Assembly: GCA_963771275.1 (NCBI GenBank)
Contig: CAVYSW010000005.1
Coordinates: 96,001 to 160,000 of the forward strand
From: an uncultured Gemmatimonadales bacterium
Lineage (GTDB): Bacteria; Gemmatimonadota; Gemmatimonadetes; Gemmatimonadales; GWC2-71-9
DNA: 64,000 bases
Direction of reading: 5' to 3'
Shown here piece after piece: positions 27,354 through 36,514 of this stretch. The notes below the pieces were generated by a model that was not told the origin of the DNA, did not search any database, and was given only the letters and a program-made list of their open reading frames with translations. Both the position numbers and the translations under genes were made by a program. Every line of letters begins with the position of its first letter. Within the stretch, counting starts at the first letter, position 1.

Positions 27354-28400
27354 ATGCCGCGCCGACCCTCCCACGTCCCCGCCGTGTCGCGCAGCCTCGC
27401 GCCGCATGCGCTGCTCGTCGCGCTGCTCGCGCTCTCCTGCCTGGACGTTGGCTCTCCCGTGCCGCCCGGGTACGAAGCGGTTGACGTGGGCCGGCTGCTG
27501 GGCTGCGGCGACAAGCGCACTTGCTGGAGTCGGGCGACTGACGTCAACGAGCGCGGTGTGGTGGTGGGCGACGGACTCCAGGCATCGGGGGAGCTGGCGG
27601 TGTATGCCGTCGAAGGCGAGCAGCGCACGGTGCTCTGGACCCGCCGGTACGGAGGTACCGACTACCCGCTCGCCCTGAACGACGCGGGAACGGTCGTGGG
27701 CATGGCGCTGCGCGACGAGCCGCCGGTCGTGCCGTACGACATCGGGGTGCGCTGGGAGAACGGCGTCGTCACCCCGCTCGGGGTCTGGCCGTCGGACGTG
27801 AACGGCGCGGGCGCCGTCGCCGGAACCGAGGGCTACCGGGGGGCGGCCTTATGGCAGGGGGACACGCTTGTCCGACTCGGCACGCTGGCCGATCCGGACT
27901 CCGAGCCGCGGCAGCGCGTGAGCGGCGCGCTGGGGATCAATGACGGGGGCGTGGTGGTGGGGTGGAGCGAGACCGCGGACTTCACTACCCGGGCGTTCGT
28001 CTGGCAAAGCGGCGTGATGACTGAGCTTCCCACCCTGGGCGGCAGCGCGTTCGCGGCCGACGTCAACGCCGCCGGACAGATCGTGGGATGGAGCGTCGCG
28101 CCCGACGGGAGGTCCCACGCCGTCCTCTGGGAGGGCGGCGCGATCACGGATCTCGGCACACTTGGCGGCGACGAGAGCTACGCGAACGGCATCAACGACC
28201 GTGGCGACGTCGTGGGTGGGGCGCAGACCGCGGCGGGTGACTTCCACGCCGCGCTCTGGCGCGGTGGCGAGGTGATCGATCTCGGCACGCTGCCCGGGTA
28301 CGCCGCGAGCCACGCCTACCGGATCAACGAGTCGGGTGTCATTGTGGGCTACAGCGCGTTCCCCACGGCGCTGCGGGCGACGGTGTGGGTGCCGCGATGA
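27354..28400 (+). CDS. HAF-family extracellular repeat lipoprotein
   Basis: ALSC lipobox; repeats of DLGTLGG..S.A.GIND.G.VVG....HA.LW. Confidence 0.88.
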   Translation: MPRRPSHVPAVSRSLAPHALLVALLALSCLDVGSPVPPGYEAVDVGRLLGCGDKRTCWSRATDVNERGVVVGDGLQASGELAVYAVEGEQRTVLWTRRYGGTDYPLALNDAGTVVGMALRDEPPVVPYDIGVRWENGVVTPLGVWPSDVNGAGAVAGTEGYRGAALWQGDTLVRLGTLADPDSEPRQRVSGALGINDGGVVVGWSETADFTTRAFVWQSGVMTELPTLGGSAFAADVNAAGQIVGWSVAPDGRSHAVLWEGGAITDLGTLGGDESYANGINDRGDVVGGAQTAAGDFHAALWRGGEVIDLGTLPGYAASHAYRINESGVIVGYSAFPTALRATVWVPR

Positions 28401-29832
28401 GCTCCGGAGCGACCCCGCCCGGAGCCGTTCGTCCCTCCGAGCCGTTCCAGCAGAAGGTGCAGAGCTTCTCGCGCGGGAGCCCGATGGCCGCGACGAGGTC
28501 GTCCAGCCGCTGGTAGCGCAGCGACGTGAGGCCCAGTCGCTGGCGGATGCGCTCGACCATCGCGCCGTGGCGGGTGGAATCCGGATCCGCAAACTCGGCG
28601 AGGTGGGTGGTCTCGTCACCCTCCAGCTCGTGCACGGCCCTCCGGCCGGCGAGATCCAGCTCCGAGCTGGACCGCGAGAAGTTGAGGAACTTGCAGCCGA
28701 ACACCAGCGGCGGGCACGCCGGGCGCATGTGCACTTCGCGCGCTCCGTAGTCGAAGACGCGCGTGATGATATCCTTGAGCTGGGTCCCCCGCACGATCGA
28801 GTCCTCGCAGAACAGCAGGCGCTTTCCCTCGATGATCTCGCGGATCGGGATCAGCTTCATGCGTGCCACGAGGTCCCTGACCCGCTGGTCCTGCGGCATG
28901 AAGCTCCGGGGCCACGTGGGCGTGTACTTGACGAACGGGCGGCCGTACGGAATGCCGGCGGCGTTGGAATAGCCGATGGCGTGGCCGGTGCCCGAGTCGG
29001 GGATGCCGGCCACCATGTCCACCGTGACGTCGTCGCGTCGCGCCAGGCACTCGCCGCAACGGTACCGCGCGGCCTCCACGTTGATTCCCTCGTAACTCGA
29101 CGCGGGGTAGCCGTAATAGACCCAGAGAAAGGCGCAGATCTGCGTGCGGTCGCCCGGTGCCGCGACCGCCTCGATGCCGTCGTGCCTGATCCGGACCACC
29201 TCGCCGGGACCGAGATCCCGCACGGTCTGATACCCGAGGTTGGGCAGGGCGCAGGACTCCAGCGCCACCGCCCGCGCCCCGTCCTTCTCCCCGATCACCA
29301 CCGGCGTGCGGCCCAGACGATCGCGCGCCGCGTAGATCCCTCCCTCGCTGAGCAGCAGCAGCGAGCACGACCCCTCGATCCGCTCCTGGGCGTAGCGGAT
29401 GCCCTCCTCGAACGTCCGTCCCTGATCGATCAAGTGGGCGACGAGCTGGGTGGGATTCACCTGACTCCCGGTCATCTCGGAGAAGTGCATCCCCCGCTCG
29501 TGGAGGGCCGCGGCGGCGAGGGCCTCGAGGTTGTGCACCCTGCCCACCGTGACGATTGCGTAGGTGCCGTGGTGCGAGCTGATGATGAGCGGCTGGTCGT
29601 CGTAATCGCTGATGACGCCGATCCCCATGCCGCCCTGCAGCTTCGGCAGGTCGTCCTCGAACTTGCTGCGGAACTGGGCGTTGGTGATGTCGTGAATGAC
29701 GCGGCGGAATCCCGCCCCGTTCCGCACCGCCATGCCGCCCCGCATGGTGCCGAGATGCGAGTGATAGTCCGTGCCGTAGAACAGGTCCGCGACGCAGTCG
29801 TCGTGCGCCACGACGCCGAACAGTCCGCCCAC
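28339..29832 (-). CDS. purF: Amidophosphoribosyltransferase (PurF-like) lacking the N-terminal catalytic Cys
   Basis: ARDRLGRTP, CAFLWVYYG, GIPDSG, EDSIVRGTQ PRPP loop and CTFCW; N-terminus reads MGGLFG instead of MCG. Confidence 0.85.
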   Translation of the reverse strand: MGGLFGVVAHDDCVADLFYGTDYHSHLGTMRGGMAVRNGAGFRRVIHDITNAQFRSKFEDDLPKLQGGMGIGVISDYDDQPLIISSHHGTYAIVTVGRVHNLEALAAAALHERGMHFSEMTGSQVNPTQLVAHLIDQGRTFEEGIRYAQERIEGSCSLLLLSEGGIYAARDRLGRTPVVIGEKDGARAVALESCALPNLGYQTVRDLGPGEVVRIRHDGIEAVAAPGDRTQICAFLWVYYGYPASSYEGINVEAARYRCGECLARRDDVTVDMVAGIPDSGTGHAIGYSNAAGIPYGRPFVKYTPTWPRSFMPQDQRVRDLVARMKLIPIREIIEGKRLLFCEDSIVRGTQLKDIITRVFDYGAREVHMRPACPPLVFGCKFLNFSRSSSELDLAGRRAVHELEGDETTHLAEFADPDSTRHGAMVERIRQRLGLTSLRYQRLDDLVAAIGLPREKLCTFCWNGSEGRTAPGGVAPELIAAPTPSPAAPWGTRCSPQ

Positions 29833-30042
29833 GAGCGCCCCCGAGATTGCCGCCGAGTGTGAGAGGAGAGCGATGACGATGCGCCCGGAAGCTACCCGGG
29901 CGGCACCACGGCGTCCACGAGTCCCCGTCTCTGGCGTAACGCCGTGCCGCGCTCTAGTTTCGCCCGGCCGGTCGCAGTCGGCGATCGGCTGACCACTTGG
30001 AGCTGCAGGTCGGCAAGGATCGCACGCCCGGAGGCGTCACCC

Positions 30043-32664
30043 ATGACACGCGTCGTCGTCCGCCGAGCCGTATGGCTCATGCTCGCAGTCGTCCTCGTAG
30101 CCGGAAGCGCGCCGGTCCGCGCGCAGGTTCAGGCTCCGGTTGGGATCAGCGCGGTCACGCAGGCGAACTACCGGCTCGCCGGCCGGTGGGCCCCGTACAA
30201 GAGCCGCCGGCTGGTCTACAGCTTGTCGGTTGCCCCACGCTGGATCGCGGGGAGCGAGAAATTCTGGTACCAGTGGGAGACTGCGGCGGGGACGTCCTAC
30301 TACGTCGTCGATCCGGCGGCGGGCACCAAGCGGCCGATCTTCGATAACGACCGCATCGCGGCGGAGTTGACGCGCATCACGAAGGACCCCTGGGACGGCC
30401 AGCATCTCCCCATCCGGTCCATCAAGTTCATCGACGCCAACACGCTGCAGTTCGAGGTGCAGTCGTCGCAGGATGAGGAGGTCAAGGACGCGGAGGCGGA
30501 GCGCGGCCAGCAGCAGGACCAGCAGCGCGGCCAGCGCCCGGCGCGCCCGCGCCCCAAGAAGAAGGTCTTCCATTTCCAGTACGACGTCCGCACGCAGACG
30601 CTGCGCGAGCTGCCCGACTGGCAGGCGCCCGACAACCACCCGTCCTGGGCGAGCGTCTCACCCGACGGCAAGACGGTGGTGTTCGCCCGGCGGAACAATC
30701 TCTACCTGATGACCGGTGACGCCTACACGAAGGTCCTCGACGCGCGGCGCGGCAAGGACAGCACGCAGGCCGACAGTGCGGAGAAGAAGGTCGAGGTGGA
30801 GGAGGTCCAGCTCACCACCGACGGCGAGGAGAACTACGGCTACGGCGGTCGCGACTTCGGCGAGACGGACGTCCAGAAGGAGAAGACCAAGGACGACCGC
30901 AAGGGAGCGCAGATCAGCTGGTCCAAGGACTCGAAGCGCTTCGCGCTGATCCGGAGCGACCAGCGCAAGGTCGGCGACCTGTGGGTGATCCACTCGACCG
31001 GCAACAAGCGCCCCGAGCTCGAGACCTACAAGTACGACATGCCGGGCGAGACGGACGTCGCGCAGCAGGACCTGCTGGTGTTCGACGTCCCGAGCAAGAC
31101 CATGGTGAAGGTCAAGGCCGACCGATTCAAGGACCAGCGCCTCGGGGGCTTCACGGCGCGCCAGTTCATCTACCCCGACAGCGACGCGCCGCGGCGCGCA
31201 CTCTGGCTCGCGGACAACTCGGACCAGGTGCATTTCTGGCGGCGCAGCCGCGACCAGCACGCGGTGGACGTCTGTGTGGCGGACGCCGGGACGGGCGAGG
31301 TGAAGGTGCTGATCGAGGAGCGGCTCAACACCTACGTCGAGCACCAGAACCTCGAGCTGCTCAAGTCCGGCGACATGCTGTGGTGGTCGGAGCGGGACGG
31401 CTGGGCGCACCTCTACCGGTTCGGGCCCGACGGGGCCCTCAAGAACCGCCTCACCGAGGGCCCGTTCTCGGTGCGCGAGATCGAAGGGATCGACGAAGCC
31501 CGCGGGGTGGTGTACTTCAGCGCCAACGCGCGCGAGGCGGGCGAGGATCCGTACTATCAACACCTGTACCGGGTGGGCCTCGACGGCCGCGGGCTGCAGC
31601 TGCTCGACCCCGGCAACTTCGACCACCAGGTCGGGGGCGGGTTCGGCGGGTTCGGCTTCGGCGGGCTGTCCGGGATGAGCGAGTCCAACCGCTTCTTCGT
31701 GGACAACTATTCCCGCGTGAACACCGTCCCGGCCTCGGCCCTGTTCGACGCCACGACGGGCCGGAAGATCATGGACCTCGCCGAGGCCGACTTCTCCAAG
31801 CTGCTCGCGGCCGGCTGGCGGTTTCCCGAGCCGTACACGGTGAAGGCGGCCGACGGCGTCACAGACCTCTTCGGGGTGATGTACAAGCCGTTCGACTTCG
31901 ACTCGACGAAGCGCTATCCGATCATCGCGTACGTCTACCCCGGTCCCCAGACGGAATCGGTCGCCAAGGCGTTCAACATGGCCCCCAACGAGGTGGGCCT
32001 GGCGCAGTTCGGCTTCCTCGTGATCACCGTGGGAAACCGCGGCGGCAATCCGGCGCGCTCCAAGTGGTACCACAACTACGGCTACGGCAACCTGCGGGAC
32101 TACGGCCTGGCCGACAAGAAGACGGCGATCGAGCAGCTGGCCGACCGGTACCGCTGGGTGGACATCGACCGGGTGGGGATCTACGGCCACTCGGGCGGGG
32201 GGTTCATGTCCACCGCCGCGATGCTCGTGTACCCGGACTTCTTCAAGGTGGCGGTGTCGTCCTCGGGCAACCACGAGAACGACATCTACAACCTGAACTG
32301 GTCGGAGAAGCACCACGGCATCAAGGAAGTGACGAAGGGGGACAGCACCACCTTCGAGTACAGCATCGAGAAGAACTCCCAGCTGGCGCGGAACCTGAAA
32401 GGGCACCTGCTGCTCACGACCGGTGACGAGGACAACAACGTCCACCCGGCCAACACGCTCCGCATGGCCGACGCGCTGATCAAGGCGAACAAGCGGTTCG
32501 ACTTCTTCGTGTTCCCGGGTCAGCGGCACGGCTACGGCACCATGAGCGACTACTGGTTCTGGCTGCGCTCGGAGTATTTCGTGCGGCACTTGCTGGGCGA
32601 CGATCGCTGGAACGCCAACATCACCGAGCTGGACTTGGAGCGGGAGCAGACGGGAAGTCGTTAG
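30043..32664 (+). CDS. S9B dipeptidyl-peptidase IV-like peptidase, secreted
   Basis: GGAGG RBS, signal peptide, DPP IV N-terminal propeller, YPGPQ, GHSGGG, DNNVH and RHGY motifs. Confidence 0.93.
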   Translation: MTRVVVRRAVWLMLAVVLVAGSAPVRAQVQAPVGISAVTQANYRLAGRWAPYKSRRLVYSLSVAPRWIAGSEKFWYQWETAAGTSYYVVDPAAGTKRPIFDNDRIAAELTRITKDPWDGQHLPIRSIKFIDANTLQFEVQSSQDEEVKDAEAERGQQQDQQRGQRPARPRPKKKVFHFQYDVRTQTLRELPDWQAPDNHPSWASVSPDGKTVVFARRNNLYLMTGDAYTKVLDARRGKDSTQADSAEKKVEVEEVQLTTDGEENYGYGGRDFGETDVQKEKTKDDRKGAQISWSKDSKRFALIRSDQRKVGDLWVIHSTGNKRPELETYKYDMPGETDVAQQDLLVFDVPSKTMVKVKADRFKDQRLGGFTARQFIYPDSDAPRRALWLADNSDQVHFWRRSRDQHAVDVCVADAGTGEVKVLIEERLNTYVEHQNLELLKSGDMLWWSERDGWAHLYRFGPDGALKNRLTEGPFSVREIEGIDEARGVVYFSANAREAGEDPYYQHLYRVGLDGRGLQLLDPGNFDHQVGGGFGGFGFGGLSGMSESNRFFVDNYSRVNTVPASALFDATTGRKIMDLAEADFSKLLAAGWRFPEPYTVKAADGVTDLFGVMYKPFDFDSTKRYPIIAYVYPGPQTESVAKAFNMAPNEVGLAQFGFLVITVGNRGGNPARSKWYHNYGYGNLRDYGLADKKTAIEQLADRYRWVDIDRVGIYGHSGGGFMSTAAMLVYPDFFKVAVSSSGNHENDIYNLNWSEKHHGIKEVTKGDSTTFEYSIEKNSQLARNLKGHLLLTTGDEDNNVHPANTLRMADALIKANKRFDFFVFPGQRHGYGTMSDYWFWLRSEYFVRHLLGDDRWNANITELDLEREQTGSR

Positions 32665-32696
32665 CCGATAGCCGATAGCCGATGGCCGATGGCCGA
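32662..32696 (+). repeat. Heptamer tandem repeat (TRGCCGA)x5
   Basis: TAGCCGA x3 then TGGCCGA x2, starting at the peptidase stop codon. Confidence 0.85.
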
Positions 32697-32772
32697 CGCC
32701 GTTCCGCTGCACGCTGCACGAGGGGGGCGGGGGCGGGGTTAACGCCACCGGCCCCTCTTGCGTAGAACTGGC

Positions 32773-35700
32773 ATGCGGACGCGTCCTTCCGGGCCCCGGT
32801 GGTACCGGCTGTCGCTGGCGCTGGGCGCCTGCCTGACCCTGCGGCTCGCGGCGCCGGCCCCGGCCCACGCCCAAGCCAACGAAACCACCGATATCCTCAC
32901 CGGCATCGTCGTGGGGTCGAACGGCCTGCCGCTCGCCGGCGTGATCATCGAAGCGCTGTCGCTCGAGACCCAGGTAACCCGGACCACGGTCACGGACGCC
33001 CGGGGCCGGTACGTGATCCTGTTCCCCAGCGGCGGCGGCCAGTTCCGCATGGCGGCGCGCAGGGTGGGGTACGCCCCGCAGGCGACCGTGCTGCAACGCC
33101 ACGCCGACGAAGACCGGCTGGTCTGGGACCTGCAGATGCAGGAAGCGGCGTTCATGCTGGACCCGATCACGGTGACCGGCGAGGTCATGCGGGCGGTGCG
33201 GGCGCCGGATCAGCCGACTCCCGGGTCCGTCCAGCGCGTGTTCACGCCCGAGATGCTCGCCAACCTGCCGCTCGACGCGTCCGACATCGCCCTGCTGGCC
33301 GCGCTGGTTCCAGGCGCGCTGGTCATCGATGCCACCGACAGCACCTCGGCCGCGTACTCGGTGGCGGGCCAGCGCCCGGACGCCAATCAGCTCACGGTCG
33401 ACGGACTGAGCTTCGGCTCGGGGCAGATGCCGCAGGAGGGCCTGCGGAACACCCGGGTCGTCACCAACACCTATGACGTCTCTCGCGGCCGGTTCAGCGG
33501 CGGCGTGATGGCGTCGACCACCCGCGGCGGGGCGAATGCCCTCCAGGGCTCGCTCAACTACTCGCTGCGCGATCACAATCTGGCGGTCGAAGGCGACTCG
33601 GCCACAGCGTTCACTTCCGGATTCACCCAGCACGCGGTCGGGGGCGGTGTCGGCGGCCCGCTCGTGCGGAACCGGCTGTTCGCCTACTTCTCGGGACAGG
33701 TGCGGCTGCGCGCCGATCCCCAACCGTCGCTGACGTCGGCGACGCCCTCGGATCTCGAACGCCTCGGCGTCGCCCCCGATTCGGTGAGCCGGTTCGTGGC
33801 GATCGTCGACAGCCTCGGCGCCGCGCCCGCCAGCCGGTTCGAAGGGCGGCGGTCGAACAACAGCCTCTCCGGCATGCTGCGGGTCGACTACCTGCTGACC
33901 CCCAACCACACGCTGATGCTGCGCGGCGACCTGCAGGACCAGGGGCAGGACCCGGTGCGCCTCGGCGCGTCCGCGCTGCCGGAAACGGGCGGCGAGAGCC
34001 GGGGGAGCGGCGGCGGGCTGATGGCCGGTCTCTCGTCCCGGATCGGCGGGCGGATCATCAACGAGGGCCGGGCGTACGCGTCGACCACCACCCGGGGGAG
34101 CGATCCGTTCTGGAACATGCCGCAGGGGCGGGTCCAGGTGGCCTCGGAGCTGGCGGACGGGTCCGTCGGGATCACGACCCTGCTCATGGGAGGGAGCGCG
34201 GGGATGCCGTCGCGATCGCTGACCAGGTCGCTCGAGGTGAGTGACGAGCTGTCCTGGCTGCCGGGGGCGGCTCGGCACCGCCTGAAGCTGGGGGCCCTGT
34301 TCCACGCCGACCGGACCGAGGATCTGTCGGCCTCCAATCAGCTCGGCACGTTCGTCTACAACTCGCTCGCCAGCTTCGCGGCTGGCCAGCCGGCGCAGTT
34401 CCGGCGCGTGCTCGACCCGAGCGAGCGGGCCAGCACGGCGCTCGAGTTCGCCGTGTACGGCGGTGACGTATGGCTGCCAAGTCGCGCGCTGCAGCTCAAC
34501 TACGGGCTACGGCTCGAGCGGGGGCTCGTCAGCAATCCTCCGGCGTACAATCCCGGCCTCGACTCGAGCCTCGGGCTCCGCACCGATCGGCTGCCCGCGG
34601 AGCTCGATCTCAGCCCGCGGGCCGGCTTCACCTGGATGATCGGCGGGACGCCCGGCGCTCCACCCCGCTTCGTGGTGCGCGGCGGCGTTGGCCGGTTCCG
34701 CAGCCCTATCCCGCTCGGGCTCGTGGCGCAGGCCCAGTCCTCCACCGGACTGAACGACACGGAATCGCTGCTCGACTGCATCGGCCCCGCGGTGCCGAGT
34801 CCCGACTGGGCGGACTACCGGACCAATCCCGCGATGATCCCCACGGCCTGCGCCGGTCCCTCCCCCGGCATCGCGCAGCGGGCACCCGCGGCCGCCGTGT
34901 TCGCGCCCGACTACGGGGCGCCCAAGGCCTGGCGGACATCGCTCGGCGTGCAGCGCAACCTCACCACGCTGCTGCGCCTGTCCGTGGACCTGGGCTACGC
35001 CCGCGGGATCAGCCAGTACGGCTTCCGTGATCTCAACCTCGACACGGCCGGCGGATTCCGGCTGGGCGCCGAGGCCGGCCGGCCGGTGTTCGTCGACCCC
35101 GGCCAGATCGTGCCCGAGACGGGGGCGATCACGTCACGCGCGTCGCGGATCGATACGTCGTACGCGCAGGTGCTGGAGATGAACTCGGCCCTGCAGTCGG
35201 ACACGAAGCAGCTCACGGTGTCGCTCGGGGGGATCACGCGGAAGGGCATCGTGCTCCAGACGTCCTACACCTGGTCCCACGTGCGGGACCAGTCGTCGCA
35301 GAGCGTGCGATTCGGGTCCGGGCGGCTGGGCGGCACCACGACGTCGGGCAACCCCAACGTGCCGGAGTGGGGGCGCAGCGGCCTCGAGCGCCGCCACTCC
35401 TTCCTCACGACCGTGAGCTATCCGTTCGGGGCCGGCCTCGACATCACGGCGATCGGTCAGGTGCGGTCCGGCACGCCGTTCACGCCGATGGTCGCGGCGG
35501 ACATCAACGGCGACGGCGTGGCGAACGATCAGGCGTTCGTGTTCCAGCCGACCGATCTGGCGGGCATGGATCAGTTGCTGCGCAGCGCGCCGGCGGGCGT
35601 GCGCCGCTGCCTCGAGCGACAGCTCGGCGCCGTCGCCGAGCGCAACAGCTGCCTGGGTCCGTGGGAAGGCTCGTTCGACCTGCAGATCAACATGCGGCCG

Positions 35701-36471
35701 AGCTTCTGGGGCCTGCGCGGTCGCCTGACGGCGTCGATCACGACCGTGAACCTGCTGCACGGTGTGGACCAGCTGCTCCACGGGAGCGACGGGTTGAAGG
35801 GCTGGGGGATGCGCGCGCGGCCCGACGACAACCTGCTGTTCGTGACCGGCTTCGACTCCACCGCGCTGCATTACCAGTACGCGGTGAATCAGCGGTTCGG
35901 AGCGAGCAGCGCGCAGGGCACGGCGCTGCGCCAGCCGTTCCAGATCGGCATCCAGGTGCGGATGACGTTCGGGCCGGACCGGACGCGCGACGCCCTCGCC
36001 GCCCTGCGCGGCGGCGGCCGCGGAATGGGTGGCGGGTTCGGCGGTGGCGTCGGGGGCGGCATGGGGGCCGGTGGGCGGGGTGGCGCTGGACGGGTGGCGC
36101 CCGCCGACTTCCGCGACCGGCTCCGGACCCTGCTCGTGAATCCGGCGACGATCGTGCTCGAGCGCGCGGACTCGCTCGCGCTCACGCGGGAGCAGGTGAC
36201 CCGCCTCACCGCCGTACGCGACTCGCTCAGCGTGGTGAACGACAGCCTCGCCGCGACCCTGGAGCGGGAGATCGAAGAGGTCGGTGCCGGCGATCCGCGC
36301 GCGCTGCTCCAGGCGATCCGCCCGCGGATGCAGCAGGCTCAGGAGAACGCCCGCCGCAGCCTCGAGGCGGTGCGGGCGATTCTCACCTCGGCGCAATGGG
36401 ACAAACTGCCGGAACGGCTGCGGAATCCCCGCCCGGCGGGGCTGGACCGGCGTCCGCCGGGTGGCGGGTGA
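32773..36471 (+). CDS. Oar-like TonB-dependent outer-membrane receptor with N-terminal carboxypeptidase-regulatory-like domain and C-terminal helical extension
   Basis: Signal peptide; TDARGRY domain; plug motif YDVSRGRFSGG...TRGG; YGLRLE and LSPRAGF barrel motifs; barrel ends IQVRMTF followed by 166 aa. Confidence 0.85.
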   Translation: MRTRPSGPRWYRLSLALGACLTLRLAAPAPAHAQANETTDILTGIVVGSNGLPLAGVIIEALSLETQVTRTTVTDARGRYVILFPSGGGQFRMAARRVGYAPQATVLQRHADEDRLVWDLQMQEAAFMLDPITVTGEVMRAVRAPDQPTPGSVQRVFTPEMLANLPLDASDIALLAALVPGALVIDATDSTSAAYSVAGQRPDANQLTVDGLSFGSGQMPQEGLRNTRVVTNTYDVSRGRFSGGVMASTTRGGANALQGSLNYSLRDHNLAVEGDSATAFTSGFTQHAVGGGVGGPLVRNRLFAYFSGQVRLRADPQPSLTSATPSDLERLGVAPDSVSRFVAIVDSLGAAPASRFEGRRSNNSLSGMLRVDYLLTPNHTLMLRGDLQDQGQDPVRLGASALPETGGESRGSGGGLMAGLSSRIGGRIINEGRAYASTTTRGSDPFWNMPQGRVQVASELADGSVGITTLLMGGSAGMPSRSLTRSLEVSDELSWLPGAARHRLKLGALFHADRTEDLSASNQLGTFVYNSLASFAAGQPAQFRRVLDPSERASTALEFAVYGGDVWLPSRALQLNYGLRLERGLVSNPPAYNPGLDSSLGLRTDRLPAELDLSPRAGFTWMIGGTPGAPPRFVVRGGVGRFRSPIPLGLVAQAQSSTGLNDTESLLDCIGPAVPSPDWADYRTNPAMIPTACAGPSPGIAQRAPAAAVFAPDYGAPKAWRTSLGVQRNLTTLLRLSVDLGYARGISQYGFRDLNLDTAGGFRLGAEAGRPVFVDPGQIVPETGAITSRASRIDTSYAQVLEMNSALQSDTKQLTVSLGGITRKGIVLQTSYTWSHVRDQSSQSVRFGSGRLGGTTTSGNPNVPEWGRSGLERRHSFLTTVSYPFGAGLDITAIGQVRSGTPFTPMVAADINGDGVANDQAFVFQPTDLAGMDQLLRSAPAGVRRCLERQLGAVAERNSCLGPWEGSFDLQINMRPSFWGLRGRLTASITTVNLLHGVDQLLHGSDGLKGWGMRARPDDNLLFVTGFDSTALHYQYAVNQRFGASSAQGTALRQPFQIGIQVRMTFGPDRTRDALAALRGGGRGMGGGFGGGVGGGMGAGGRGGAGRVAPADFRDRLRTLLVNPATIVLERADSLALTREQVTRLTAVRDSLSVVNDSLAATLEREIEEVGAGDPRALLQAIRPRMQQAQENARRSLEAVRAILTSAQWDKLPERLRNPRPAGLDRRPPGGG

Positions 36472-36514
36472 GCGCCGGCACAGCCGGCGGCGCGCCCCAC
36501 CTTCGAGGATAGGC

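Noticed and set aside
28339..28400. 62-bp convergent overlap of the purF-like and HAF genes as a functional dual-coding region
   Set aside because: The PurF tail after CTFCWNG is low-complexity and best explained by stop-codon drift.
30658..34305. Very long antisense or alternate-frame ORFs (e.g. 30658-34305, 56183-59446, 2947-5319, 41125-43272, 53637-56093)
   Set aside because: Shadow ORFs of GC-rich genes: Arg/Ala/Pro/Gly-rich, motif-free and fully overlapping well-supported CDS.
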